Below, piece by piece: positions 31,681-41,479 of a stretch of 64,000 nucleotides of DNA. Source of the DNA: Candidatus Dormiibacterota bacterium. Its GTDB lineage: Bacteria > Chloroflexota > Dormibacteria > Aeolococcales > Aeolococcaceae. The stretch lies in contig CAVZPR010000002.1 of NCBI GenBank assembly GCA_963777285.1, forward strand, positions 338,733-402,732. The letters run 5' to 3'. Every line of letters starts with the position of its first letter. Positions within the stretch are counted from its first letter, which is position 1. A program made the position numbers and the translations under genes. Below the pieces are notes generated by a model. That model made no database searches. It was not told where the DNA came from and saw nothing but the letters and a program-made list of their open reading frames with translations.

Positions 31681-33885
31681 CTAACGCGAGCGGCGCAGAT
31701 GGCGCAGCGCCGACCGCGCGGCGTGCAGCCCGCACATTCCGTGCACCCCGCCACCCGGTGGCGTCGAGGCCGAGCACAGGAAGAGGCCACGCACCGGCGT
31801 CGCGTACGGGTCGTACCGCGCCGCAGGACGGATCAGCGTCTGACGGAGGTCCTGCAGCCCGCCGCCGACATCACCGCCGACGCAGTTCGGGTTCATCCGC
31901 TCCAGGTCGGCGGGGGCGTGCACGGCGCGCGCCAGGATGCGCTCACGAAAGCCCGGCGCGAATCGTTCCACCTGCGCCTCCATGCGCTCCGTCATGTCGA
32001 CCGTCGATCCGTTGGGCACGTGGCAGTACGCCCACGCGACGTGTTTCCCCGCCGGTGCGCGCGATGGGTCGGCGATCGTAGGCTGCACCAGCAGCAGGAA
32101 CGGTCGCTCCGCGTGGCCCCCGCGCGCGACCGTCCGCTCGGAGTCGGCGATCATCTCGAGCGTGCCGCCGACGTGCACCGTCGGCGCGCTGCCGCACTCC
32201 GCCGCCGCCCAGGGAATCGGCGCGTCCAGCGCCCAGTCGAGCTTGAACGCGCCCGGGGCGTAGCGGAACCGGCTCAGCGCGCGCCGGTATCGCGGTGGCA
32301 GCGAGCCGTCGTCCATGGCCAGCAGCTGCCGCGGCGTGACGTCGAGCACGCGACACCGCGCCGGCGGCAGCTCGCGCAGCGAGGTGACCTCGCAATCGGT
32401 GACGATCTGCACGCCCGCCGACCGCGCTTCGGCGACCAGCGCGTCCGTGAGCCGCTGGGAACCGCCGCGCACCACCGGCCAGCCGGCGGTGTGCGCGATC
32501 GCACCGAGGATGAGCGCGATGGCGGACGACGCGGGCGCGCTGAGCGGCAGCACCGAATGCGCACCGATTCCGGCAACCAGTGCGCGTGCGGCTTGCTCGC
32601 GGAAGCGATGCGCGAGCAGCGTCACCGGCTGCAGGCCGTCGCGGGCGAACAGCGCGGCGGCGACCGGATGGCGCAGGCGCAGTGGCGGTCCGAGAAACTG
32701 ATCCAGGAGTGCGTCGAGACGACCTGTCTGCTCTTTCATGAGCCGCGCGTAGGCGCGGCCGTCGCCACCCATCGTGGCCGCGGTCGCGTCGACGGACCGC
32801 TGCAGCAGCGCGGCGTCGCCTCCGTCCAGCGGATGCGCGAGCGGATGGCGCCCGTGCACGAACGTCGTCCCATGACGTGCAAAGTCGATCTGGCGCAGCG
32901 CCGGCGCCACCAGGGCGAAGAGGTGCACCGCGGGGCCGACGTCGTGGATGAACCCGGGAAGCGTCAGCTCGGCGGAGCGGCAGGCGCCGCCCGGCGCGGA
33001 GGCGCGTTCCAGCAGCAGAGTCGAGACGCCGGCGCGAGCCAGCGTGATGGCCGCGATGAGTCCGTTGGGGCCGGCGCCGACGACGACCGCGTCGTGGCTG
33101 GAGGCGGCAGCGCTCATGGCTGCAGCTCGGGAAGCAGCCCGACCGTGGCGGCGATCGGCCCCGAACTCGTCAGGCAACGGCGACCAGTAGCGTGAGAAAC
33201 GTCCGTCGTAGCCGATGAGGCGTCCGCCATGCGAGGTCTCGGGGGTCTCACTCCAGTGCGGCGTGTGACCGTGCACCACGCGGCGCGCGTCGAAGTGCTG
33301 CAGGTAGCGCTGCAGCCGCTGCGGATCGTCGAACGCGTGCCGCCCGACCGTGTAGCGCAGCGCCGTGAGGACACCGCCGGGCGCGTGCGTCCAGCGATGC
33401 ACCACGTCGTTGACCGCGTCGACCGTGTTCCCGAGCTCCGCGTAGCGGTCGTCGTCGGTGTGCTGCATCAGGGTCCCGTCATCCAGCCGGATCATGAAGG
33501 GAAGGCTTCGCAGCCACGTCTCCAGCTCAGCCTCGGCCGCCACCTCGCGGAGATCAGCCCAGTCGCCGCGGCGGCTGAGCCAGAGCTCCTCCACCGACAG
33601 TCCGTCGCGCGTGCGCCAGTCGCCCACCTCCCGCACGCCGCGCGACCGCTCGAGCACCACCAGCAGGAACAGGTCGTGGTTGCCCAGCACCGCGCGCGAG
33701 TTGCGCCGCGAGCGCGCCACGCGTGCCGCTGCGGCGCCGCCGCCGGCCCCGGGAACGCCACCCTGGAAGAAGTCGCCGAGGAAGACGGTCTGCACCTCGT
33801 CCTCGGGATACGGCGAGAGCGCGTCGCGCAGCCGTTCCACGTCGCCCTGCACGTCGCCCACCACGAGGATCGGCAGCGCAGCCAC
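31681..33885 (-). CDS. fusion protein: N-terminal calcineurin-like metallophosphoesterase + C-terminal FAD/NAD(P)-binding phytoene-desaturase-family oxidoreductase
   Basis: N-domain ILVVGDVQGD, FLGDFFQGG, LGNHDLF, VVHGHTP; one ORF with no stop continues into DAVVVGAGPNGLIAAITLARAGVSTLLLERASAPGGACRS... (CrtI-like); GTG 33885 follows argH stop by 23 nt; upstream part of ORF-track ORF is out-of-frame argH. Confidence 0.55.
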   Translation of the reverse strand: MAALPILVVGDVQGDVERLRDALSPYPEDEVQTVFLGDFFQGGVPGAGGGAAAARVARSRRNSRAVLGNHDLFLLVVLERSRGVREVGDWRTRDGLSVEELWLSRRGDWADLREVAAEAELETWLRSLPFMIRLDDGTLMQHTDDDRYAELGNTVDAVNDVVHRWTHAPGGVLTALRYTVGRHAFDDPQRLQRYLQHFDARRVVHGHTPHWSETPETSHGGRLIGYDGRFSRYWSPLPDEFGADRRHGRAASRAAAMSAAASSHDAVVVGAGPNGLIAAITLARAGVSTLLLERASAPGGACRSAELTLPGFIHDVGPAVHLFALVAPALRQIDFARHGTTFVHGRHPLAHPLDGGDAALLQRSVDATAATMGGDGRAYARLMKEQTGRLDALLDQFLGPPLRLRHPVAAALFARDGLQPVTLLAHRFREQAARALVAGIGAHSVLPLSAPASSAIALILGAIAHTAGWPVVRGGSQRLTDALVAEARSAGVQIVTDCEVTSLRELPPARCRVLDVTPRQLLAMDDGSLPPRYRRALSRFRYAPGAFKLDWALDAPIPWAAAECGSAPTVHVGGTLEMIADSERTVARGGHAERPFLLLVQPTIADPSRAPAGKHVAWAYCHVPNGSTVDMTERMEAQVERFAPGFRERILARAVHAPADLERMNPNCVGGDVGGGLQDLRQTLIRPAARYDPYATPVRGLFLCSASTPPGGGVHGMCGLHAARSALRHLRRSR

Positions 33886-33910
33886 GCACCCAGAATACGG
33901 GCTGGTGCCG

Positions 33911-35326
33911 CTAGCCCAGCTCCGCGATGTGGCGGCGGTTCTCGTCGATGAGGTCCGTGGCGCGCCCCATCTGGTGCGACACCGACCGCGGCCCGGGGCC
34001 GCCCGCGACCTCGCGACGCGCCAGCGCGCCCTCCATGACGAACAGCTCGAGCACGTCCGGCTCGAACGCAGGCGAGGCTTCGCGCCACTCGGCCGCGCTG
34101 AGATCGGCAATGGTGCGTCCGTCATTCAGCGCGCGCCGCACCACGGCGCCGACGATGCCGTGCGCCTCGCGAAACGGGACGCCGCGGTCCACGAGGTACT
34201 CGGCCACGTCCGTCGCCAGCAGCGCCGGGTCCGACGCCGCCTGGCGCATCGCGTCGGTGTCGAAGTGCACCACGGACACGAGCTCGGTGAGCGCGGCCAG
34301 GGTCGTGCGCGTGACGTCGATCGCGTCGAAGAGCGCCCGCTTGTCCTCCTGCAGGTCGCGGTTGTACGAGAGCGGAAGCCCCTTGAGCATCATCAGCAGC
34401 GACATGAGCGCGCCGGCGACCCGGCCGCTGCGTCCGCGGGCGAGCTCGGCGACGTCGGGATTCTTCTTCTGCGGCATCAGCGACGAACCGGTGGCGTGGG
34501 TGTCGGGAAAGGCGACAAAGCCGAACTCGCTGCTCGACCACAGCACGAGCTCGTCGCTGAAGCGGGACAGGTGCACCATCAGCAGCGCGCACGCCGCGGT
34601 CACCTCGACGGCGAAGTCACGGTCAGAGACCGCGTCCAGGCTGTTGGCGCTGAGCGCGGAGAATCCCAGGTCGCGCGCCGCGCGCTGCCGGTCGAGTCGC
34701 AGCGTCGACCCGGCGAGGGCGCCGCTGCCCAGCGGCGACACGTCGCAGCGGGCGCGCGCATCGAGGATTCGCTGCAGGTCACGCTGCAGCATCTCGACGT
34801 ACGCCAGCAGGTGGTGCGCGAGCGACACGGGCTGCGCGCGTTGCATGTGCGTGTAGCCGGGAAGCAGCGCCGCACGATGTTCCTGGGCCCGGTGCAGCAG
34901 CGCGTCCTGCAGCGCCGTGATGTCGAGCGCCAGGTCACGGCAGGCGCGCTTGGTGTACAGACGCAGGTCCGTGGCCACCTGATCGTTGCGGCTCCGGCCC
35001 GTGTGCAGCTTGGCGGCCGCGGCGCCGGCCAGCTCACCCAGGCGCCGCTCGACGGCCATGTGGATGTCCTCGTCCCACGCCTCCAGCGCGAAGCTGCCGT
35101 CCGCCACCTCACCGGCGAGGCGCTCCAGCCCCGCATCGAGTGCGGCGTGCTCCGCATCGTCGAGCAGGCCGATCGCGTGCAGCATGGCGGCCTGCGCTCG
35201 CGACCCGGCGACGTCGTCGGGAAGGAGGCGCAGGTCCACGTCGATGTCGCGGGTGTACGCGGTGACCGTGGGCGACGTCTCGCCGCCGAGACGCGCCGCC
35301 CACACCGCGGCACCGCCGGGCTTCAC
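33911..35326 (-). CDS. argH: argininosuccinate lyase
   Basis: Fumarate-lyase signature GSSLMPQKKNPD; GTG 35326 16 nt after argG stop (VKPGGAAVWAARLGGE...). Confidence 0.85.
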   Translation of the reverse strand: MKPGGAAVWAARLGGETSPTVTAYTRDIDVDLRLLPDDVAGSRAQAAMLHAIGLLDDAEHAALDAGLERLAGEVADGSFALEAWDEDIHMAVERRLGELAGAAAAKLHTGRSRNDQVATDLRLYTKRACRDLALDITALQDALLHRAQEHRAALLPGYTHMQRAQPVSLAHHLLAYVEMLQRDLQRILDARARCDVSPLGSGALAGSTLRLDRQRAARDLGFSALSANSLDAVSDRDFAVEVTAACALLMVHLSRFSDELVLWSSSEFGFVAFPDTHATGSSLMPQKKNPDVAELARGRSGRVAGALMSLLMMLKGLPLSYNRDLQEDKRALFDAIDVTRTTLAALTELVSVVHFDTDAMRQAASDPALLATDVAEYLVDRGVPFREAHGIVGAVVRRALNDGRTIADLSAAEWREASPAFEPDVLELFVMEGALARREVAGGPGPRSVSHQMGRATDLIDENRRHIAELG

Positions 35327-35342
35327 GGCGCGTGCTCGCCGC

Positions 35343-36584
35343 TCAGGCTTCACGGCGCAGGGTGCGGTGCGCGACCTGGAGTGGAGCCGCGTCCTCGAGC
35401 GCGCCCTGGACGCGGGTCTGGATGCGCAGCGGAAGGCCGAAGAGCTCGATGAACCCACGCGCGGACGTGTGGTCGAAGGTATCCACGCTGCGGTCGTACG
35501 TCGCCAGCCCCTGCTCGTACAGCGAATGCTCCGCGCGGCGACCCGTGACCCGCGCGTCGCCGTGCTCGAGATGAACGCGGACCTCGCCGGTGACGTGCTC
35601 CTGCGTCGCCGCCACGAATGCGCTCAGCGCCATGCGCAGGGCGCCGAACCACAGCCCGTCGTACACCAGCCGCGCCCATTCGTCCGCGACGCCGCGCTTG
35701 AACAGCTGCAGGTCACGCGACAGCGTGAGCGCTTCGAGCGCCGCGTGCGCGGTGTGGAGCACCGCGGCCGCCGGCGCCTCGTACACCTCGCGCGACTTGA
35801 TTCCCACGAGCCGGTCCTCCACGTGATCGACGCGGCCGACACCATGGCTTCCCGCCACGCTGTTGAGCTCCCGCACCAGCTCGTGGGATTCGCGTCTGAC
35901 GCCGTGGAGCGACACCGGACGGCCCTGCTCGAAGCCGACGATCACGTCCTCTGGCTGCGATGCGCTCTGCACCGTCCACTGGAACACGTCAGCAGGAGGC
36001 TCCGCCCAGGGGTCCTCGAGCACACCGCACTCCACGCTGCGGCCCCACAGGTTGGCGTCGATCGAGTACGGCGACGCTGCGGTCACGGGCACCGCGATGC
36101 CGTGCCGCGCTGCGTACTCGATCTCCTGCGGCCGGCCCATGTCCCAGTCGCGCACCGGGGCGACGACGCGCAGCTCCGGCGCGAGCGCGCCGACGGCGAC
36201 GTCGAACCGCACCTGGTCGTTGCCCTTGCCGGTGCAGCCGTGGGCGACGGCCACGGCTCCTTCGGTGCGCGCCACGTCCACCAGCAGCTTGGCGATGAGC
36301 GGCCGCGCCAGCGCCGTGGCAAGCGGGTACACGCCCTGGTACAGGGCGCCGGCGGCGAGCGTGGGGAAGCAGAACTGCTCGGCGAACACCGACTGCGCGT
36401 CGACGACGTGCGCGCTCACGGCGCCGGTATCCAGGGCGCGGCGGGCGACCGCGTCGACGTCGCGGGTCTCGCCCAGGTCCGCGGTCAGCGTCACCACCTC
36501 GTAGCCGAGGTGCTCCTGCAGCCAGCGGATGGCGACCGATGTGTCCAGCCCTCCGCTGTACGCGAGCACGCAGCGCTCGGTCAC
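35343..36584 (-). CDS. argG: argininosuccinate synthase
   Basis: AYSGGLDTS P-loop and full-length similarity. Confidence 0.9.
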   Translation of the reverse strand: MTERCVLAYSGGLDTSVAIRWLQEHLGYEVVTLTADLGETRDVDAVARRALDTGAVSAHVVDAQSVFAEQFCFPTLAAGALYQGVYPLATALARPLIAKLLVDVARTEGAVAVAHGCTGKGNDQVRFDVAVGALAPELRVVAPVRDWDMGRPQEIEYAARHGIAVPVTAASPYSIDANLWGRSVECGVLEDPWAEPPADVFQWTVQSASQPEDVIVGFEQGRPVSLHGVRRESHELVRELNSVAGSHGVGRVDHVEDRLVGIKSREVYEAPAAAVLHTAHAALEALTLSRDLQLFKRGVADEWARLVYDGLWFGALRMALSAFVAATQEHVTGEVRVHLEHGDARVTGRRAEHSLYEQGLATYDRSVDTFDHTSARGFIELFGLPLRIQTRVQGALEDAAPLQVAHRTLRREA

Positions 36585-37078
36585 TGCACCTCGCCGCTCA
36601 TGGCGCGCAGGCGCAGCCAGAGTCGCTGCGCGGCGGGACGCGAGCGCGTGATCACCAGCACCGTGTCGTCGCCGGCGACGGTGCCCGCCACCTCGTCGAA
36701 GCGCGCCCCGTCGATGGCGCCGCCGACGAGCGGCGCGGTTCCGGGCGCGGCGTGGACCACACCGAAAAGGTCGATGAACTCGATGCTCACGACGTGCTCG
36801 CGCACCGCGCTGCGCAGACGGTGCTGCGCGCCCTCCACGTCGAGCTCCGCAACCGGCGCGACGTACCGCGTGCCACCCTGGTCGTGGACGCGGAGCAAAC
36901 CCATCTCGCGGATGTCGCGGCTGACCGTCGCCTGCGTGACGTCGAGGCGACGGTGGCGCAGCTGGTCGACGAGCTCTTCCTGGGTCCGGATCACGCGCCG
37001 TCGCACCAGCTCCAGGATGGCGCGCTGCCGCGCGCCCTTGCCGGCGACGCCCAGCGCCCGCGCTGCGGTTGCCATCAC
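36581..37078 (-). CDS. argR: arginine repressor
   Basis: Winged-helix N-domain (IRTQEELVDQLRHRRLDVTQATVSRDIREMGL) + oligomerisation domain (GTVAGDDTVLVI). Confidence 0.85.
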   Translation of the reverse strand: MMATAARALGVAGKGARQRAILELVRRRVIRTQEELVDQLRHRRLDVTQATVSRDIREMGLLRVHDQGGTRYVAPVAELDVEGAQHRLRSAVREHVVSIEFIDLFGVVHAAPGTAPLVGGAIDGARFDEVAGTVAGDDTVLVITRSRPAAQRLWLRLRAMSGEVQ

Positions 37079-38316
37079 ACCGCCACCGCTGCGACGCGGG
37101 TGAAGGCCGCGCGCAGGCGGTGCAGCGACTCGTCGACCTCGGCCCGCGTGATCACCAGGGGCGGCACCAGGCGCAGCGTGCGCGCACCGATCGCGTTCAC
37201 GATCAGGCCCTCGCGCAGCGCGGCCGATGCGAGCTGCGGCGCCACGTCCTCGCTGAGGCCGACGCCGATCATCAGGCCGCGTCCCCGCACCTCGGCGATG
37301 GGAAGCTCATCGGCGAGCGCATGCAGCGACCCGGTGAGGTGGTCGCCCACTGACGCGGCGTTCGCCACCAGGCCCTCGTCGTCAATGGCGCGCATGACCG
37401 CGACTCCGGCCGCGCACGCCAGCGGTCCGCCGCCGAACGTGGAACCGTGGTCGCCGGGCTCGAACACGTCGGCGCGGGGTGCGGCGACGACGGCCCCGAT
37501 CGGCACGCCGCCGCCCAGACCCTTGGCAATGGTCATCACGTCGGGTGCGACGCCATCGTGCTGGTGCGCCCACCACCGCCCCGTGCGCCCCATTCCGGTC
37601 TGCACCTCATCGAGGATCAGCAGCACGTCGCGCGCGTCGCAGAGCTCGCGGATCCGGTGGAGCACTCCTGTGTCGAGCGGGTGCACGCCGCTCTCACCCT
37701 GGATGGGCTCCAGCATCACAGCGCACGCGCGATCGTCGACCGCCGCCGCGAGCGCGTCGACATCGTTGTACGCGACGTGTGTGAAACCGCCAGGCAGCGG
37801 CTGAAACGGCTCCTGGTAGCGGCGGTTCGCAGTCGCCGCCAGTGCCGCTGCGGTGCGTCCGTGAAACGCCCCCTCCATGCACACGATGTTTGCGGCGCCA
37901 CCGCGGGCGCGCTTCCCCCACTTGCGCGCCAGCTTGATTGCAGCTTCGGTTGCTTCCGCCCCGCTGTTGCAGAAGAACACGCGGCCCGGGAACGACGTCC
38001 GGATGAGGGCCTCGGCGAGCTCCAGCTGGGGCTCGCTGTAGTACAGATTGCTCGTGTGAATGAGGCGCTGCGCCTGCGCGGAGAGCGCCTCTCGCAGCGC
38101 CGGATGGCCGTGGCCGAGCACGTTCACCGCAATCCCCGCCACCAGATCGATCAGCTCGCGACCGTCGGAGTCGCGCACCCACACGCCGTGGCCGTCGACC
38201 AGCGTCACGGGGCGCGGCGGATACGCGTCCATCAGCAGGCGCGAGGCGCGCTCGGCGGTCGGCGCGAGGGCAGGGGACGCACCGTCGGGGGTCACGTCGC
38301 CACCATCGATGTGCAC
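37075..38316 (-). CDS. argD: acetylornithine aminotransferase
   Basis: Class-III PLP aminotransferase motifs (LILDEVQTGMGRTG; IAKGLGGGVPIGA). Confidence 0.85.
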   Translation of the reverse strand: MHIDGGDVTPDGASPALAPTAERASRLLMDAYPPRPVTLVDGHGVWVRDSDGRELIDLVAGIAVNVLGHGHPALREALSAQAQRLIHTSNLYYSEPQLELAEALIRTSFPGRVFFCNSGAEATEAAIKLARKWGKRARGGAANIVCMEGAFHGRTAAALAATANRRYQEPFQPLPGGFTHVAYNDVDALAAAVDDRACAVMLEPIQGESGVHPLDTGVLHRIRELCDARDVLLILDEVQTGMGRTGRWWAHQHDGVAPDVMTIAKGLGGGVPIGAVVAAPRADVFEPGDHGSTFGGGPLACAAGVAVMRAIDDEGLVANAASVGDHLTGSLHALADELPIAEVRGRGLMIGVGLSEDVAPQLASAALREGLIVNAIGARTLRLVPPLVITRAEVDESLHRLRAAFTRVAAVAV

Positions 38317-39170
38317 ATCGTGCCCACGCCGCTCTCGGTGAGCAGCTCCAGCAGGAGCGAGTGCGGCACGCGCCCGTCGATGATGTGCGCCGCGACGCCG
38401 CTCTCGGCGGCCCGGATCGCGGCGCGCACCTTGGGAATCATGCCGTCGACGACGACGCCGTCGCTGATCAGTCGCCGCGCCATCATGCTGTCCACCTCGC
38501 TGATCAGCCGGCCGTCTGCGTCGCGCACGCCCTCCACGTCGGTGAGCAGGATCAGCTTGGTCGCCGACAGCGCGACCGCGAGCTCAGCGGCGACCGAATC
38601 GGCGTTGACGTTGTACGCCTGGCCGTCGTACCCGAGTCCTATGGACGCCATCACGGGAATGCGTCCCTGGTTCAGGATGCCGGCGATCGGCTCGCTGTTC
38701 ACCTGGTCGACGTCGCCGACGAAGCCGAGGTGCGCCCCGAACTCGTCGACGCGCGGGCGCACCAGCAGCGTGGGGCCGTCCTCGCCGCTCAGCCCGATGG
38801 CGCTGCCGCCGTGCTGGTTGATGCGCGAGACGATGTCAGGCCCGACCTTGCCGGTCAGCACCATCTTGGCGATCTCCATCGTCGGCGCGTCGGTGACGCG
38901 CAGCCCGTTGACGAAGCGGGGCTCGAGACCCACACGCTGCTGCCACGCGCTGATCTCCGCTCCCCCGCCATGGACCAGCACCGGGCGCATGCCCACGAAG
39001 CGGAGCAGCACGACGTCCTGCAGCACCGCGTCGACGGCGCTGTCGGCGGCATCCAGCGCACCGCCGAGCTTGATCACCATGACGTCGCCGCTGAAGCGCT
39101 TGATGTACGGCAGCGCCTCGATGAGCACGTGTGCTCTGCGGATCCGCTCGTCGATCGTCTCGATCACCAT
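38292..39170 (-). CDS. argB: acetylglutamate kinase
   Basis: MVIKLGGALDAADS..., AAK family; ATG 39170 with AGGAG upstream; the 699-aa ORF-track ORF extends spuriously through argJ. Confidence 0.85.
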   Translation of the reverse strand: MVIETIDERIRRAHVLIEALPYIKRFSGDVMVIKLGGALDAADSAVDAVLQDVVLLRFVGMRPVLVHGGGAEISAWQQRVGLEPRFVNGLRVTDAPTMEIAKMVLTGKVGPDIVSRINQHGGSAIGLSGEDGPTLLVRPRVDEFGAHLGFVGDVDQVNSEPIAGILNQGRIPVMASIGLGYDGQAYNVNADSVAAELAVALSATKLILLTDVEGVRDADGRLISEVDSMMARRLISDGVVVDGMIPKVRAAIRAAESGVAAHIIDGRVPHSLLLELLTESGVGTMCTSMVAT

Positions 39171-39202
39171 CGTGAGAGGTACTCCTGCAGCGTGTTCGGA
39201 TC

Positions 39203-40444
39203 TTATGTCGTGTAGTCCGCGTTGATGCGCACGTAGCCCGCGGTGAGATCGCAGCCCCAGGCGTGCCCCACTCCGTCCCCGGCGCCGAGATCCACGTCGA
39301 TGTCGGCGCGCGGCTGCTGCAGGAGAACGCTCACCTCGTCGAGGTCGCAGGGCGCCGGCGCCCCGCGCGCGAACACCGTGATCCCGCCGATGTCGACGCG
39401 GCAGCGGTCCAGCGTGAACGCGCAGCCGCTGCGCCCCAGCGCCGCGACGATGCGTCCCCAGTTGGGATCCGCGCCGTGCACCGCCGTCTTCACCAGCGGA
39501 CTGGCCGCCACCGTGCGCGCCGCCGTGCGTGCCTCCTCCGTCGATTCGGCGCCGCTGACGCTCACTCTGAAGTACCGCGTGGCGCCCTCGGCGTCGGCGA
39601 CGACCTGCTCGGCCAGCGACCGGCAGACGTTGTGCACGGCACCCTCCAGCGTGTGCAGACGCTCGGTGCCGGCGGCAAACTGCTCGCCGCCGGCGGCGCC
39701 ATTGGCCAGGAGGATGAGGCTGTCGTTGGTCGACGTGTCGCCGTCGACCGTCACGCAGTTGAACGTGTCCGCCGCGACCCGCGACAGGACGTCCTGCAAC
39801 ACCGCCTGGGGCACGACGGCGTCGGTCGTGACGAAGGCGAGCAGCGTCGCCATGTCCGGGTGGATCATTCCCGACCCCTTGGCGATGCCGCCCACGCTGT
39901 ACGTGACGCCGTCGCAGCTGAACAACTCGTCCGCCTGCTTGGGCCGCGTGTCGGTGGTCATGATCGCCCGCGTGATGCCGTCTCCGGTGACGTCGTCCAA
40001 CGCGGCGGCGCGCACGATGCCGTCGATGACACGGTCCATCGGCATGGCGCGGCCGATCACGCCCGTGCTGCAGACGAGCACCTCGCTGGGATCGAGGTCG
40101 AGCGCGTCGCCCGCAGCGGCGCACATGCGCAGCGCGTCGCGAAACCCCTGCGCGCCCGTGCACGCATTGGCGTTGCCCGCGTTCACCACCACCGCGCCGA
40201 CCGGTGTGCGGCGCCGCAACGTCAGCTGCGAGATCACAACCGGCGCCGCCTTCACCGTGTTGCGGGTGAACACACCCGCCGCCGCGGCCGGCGTCTCGGA
40301 ACGGATGACGGCGACGTCCAGCCGCTTGACATCCCCGTCGCCACGGACGTTCGCAGCGGCTGCGCCGGCGCGGAAACCGGCGGGCGCGCACACCCCGGCG
40401 CGGCGCACAGCGCGCACCTCAGCCGTCACGGCCACGATGCCCAC
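39203..40444 (-). CDS. argJ: bifunctional glutamate N-acetyltransferase / ornithine acetyltransferase
   Basis: ArgJ self-cleavage site region ATMLAFVTTDA and full-length similarity. Confidence 0.85.
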   Translation of the reverse strand: MGIVAVTAEVRAVRRAGVCAPAGFRAGAAAANVRGDGDVKRLDVAVIRSETPAAAAGVFTRNTVKAAPVVISQLTLRRRTPVGAVVVNAGNANACTGAQGFRDALRMCAAAGDALDLDPSEVLVCSTGVIGRAMPMDRVIDGIVRAAALDDVTGDGITRAIMTTDTRPKQADELFSCDGVTYSVGGIAKGSGMIHPDMATLLAFVTTDAVVPQAVLQDVLSRVAADTFNCVTVDGDTSTNDSLILLANGAAGGEQFAAGTERLHTLEGAVHNVCRSLAEQVVADAEGATRYFRVSVSGAESTEEARTAARTVAASPLVKTAVHGADPNWGRIVAALGRSGCAFTLDRCRVDIGGITVFARGAPAPCDLDEVSVLLQQPRADIDVDLGAGDGVGHAWGCDLTAGYVRINADYTT

Positions 40445-41451
40445 CGCTGCAGACCCGCGCTCTCCTGCAAGCCGAACCGCAGGTTGAGATCCTGCACGGC
40501 CTGCCCCGCCGCACCCTTGAGCAGGTTGTCGATCGCCACCGTGACCACGACGACACCGTCCTGCTCCCCGGCGTGCAGGGCCGCGACGTTTGTCCCGGCC
40601 ACGCTCTTGGTCGCGGGCGGCGCTGCCTCGAGACGGATGAACTCGTGCTCCGCGCAGAACTCCTGGTAGGCGTGGCGCACGTCGTTCGCCGAGACACCGC
40701 GCCGCGGCCGCAGATAGGCCGTGGCCAGAAGCCCCCGTGTCATCGGCACCAGATGCGGGACGAAGGTCACACGCACCTCCTGGCCGCCCGCCGCGGCGGA
40801 CAGCTGCTCCAGCATCTCGGGCTTGTGCCGGTGCCCGCTGACGCCGTACGCGTGCACGGACTCGTTCACCTCCGCGAACGATGACGCCAGCGCCGGCGAG
40901 CGGCCTGCACCGCTGACCCCGCTCTTGGCGTCGACGACGACGTCGTTCTCCACCATGCCTGCGCGCAGCGCCGGCGCGGTCGCCAGGATCGCAGCGGTGG
41001 GATAGCAGCCGGGCACCGCGATGACGTCGGCGCCGCGCAATGCCTCGCGATGCAACTCCGCGAGGCCGTACACCGCCTCGCCGCAGAGGTTGGGCGCCGG
41101 ATGGGGCTCGCCGTACCAGCGCTCGTACGCCGCGGTGTCGCGCAGGCGGAAGTCGGCGCTCATGTCGATGAGCACGGCGCCGTCACCCAGCCACGCGGCC
41201 GCGTGCTTCGCGGCGATCGTGTGCGGCAGCGCCGAGAGGATCACGTCCACGGCCCCGGCGCGGATCTCGGTTGTGATCGGCAGGTCGACCCCGCTGCCGG
41301 GGACGACGTCGCGATGACGGCGCCCCGCGTTGCTGCGGGCCACGACCTGGGTGAGCCGCACCCCCGGATGCGCCTCCAGCAAGGCGACGCACTGCATGCC
41401 GATGTAGCCGGTGCAGCCCGCCACGGCGGCTCGAACGGCCGGGCTCGTCAC
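40426..41451 (-). CDS. argC: N-acetyl-gamma-glutamyl-phosphate reductase
   Basis: NAD-binding GCTGYIG and catalytic Cys region PGCYPT. Confidence 0.85.
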   Translation of the reverse strand: MTSPAVRAAVAGCTGYIGMQCVALLEAHPGVRLTQVVARSNAGRRHRDVVPGSGVDLPITTEIRAGAVDVILSALPHTIAAKHAAAWLGDGAVLIDMSADFRLRDTAAYERWYGEPHPAPNLCGEAVYGLAELHREALRGADVIAVPGCYPTAAILATAPALRAGMVENDVVVDAKSGVSGAGRSPALASSFAEVNESVHAYGVSGHRHKPEMLEQLSAAAGGQEVRVTFVPHLVPMTRGLLATAYLRPRRGVSANDVRHAYQEFCAEHEFIRLEAAPPATKSVAGTNVAALHAGEQDGVVVVTVAIDNLLKGAAGQAVQDLNLRFGLQESAGLQRWASWP

Positions 41452-41479
41452 CGCACGAGTATACGGTTGATCTGAATAA

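Noticed and set aside
31681-34125. ORF-track start (34125) for the fusion gene giving 814 aa
   Set aside because: First ~80 codons overlap argH on the same strand and read as Ser/Arg/Thr-rich nonsense; phosphoesterase homology starts at GTG 33885
34986-37103. 705-aa plus-strand ORF across argH/argG/argR
   Set aside because: Antisense artefact; real arg genes on minus strand have strong family signatures
38292-40391. 699-aa ORF spanning argB and argJ
   Set aside because: Only the C-terminal 292 aa (argB) is meaningful; the remainder is an out-of-frame Arg/Gly-rich read-through overlapping argJ on the same strand
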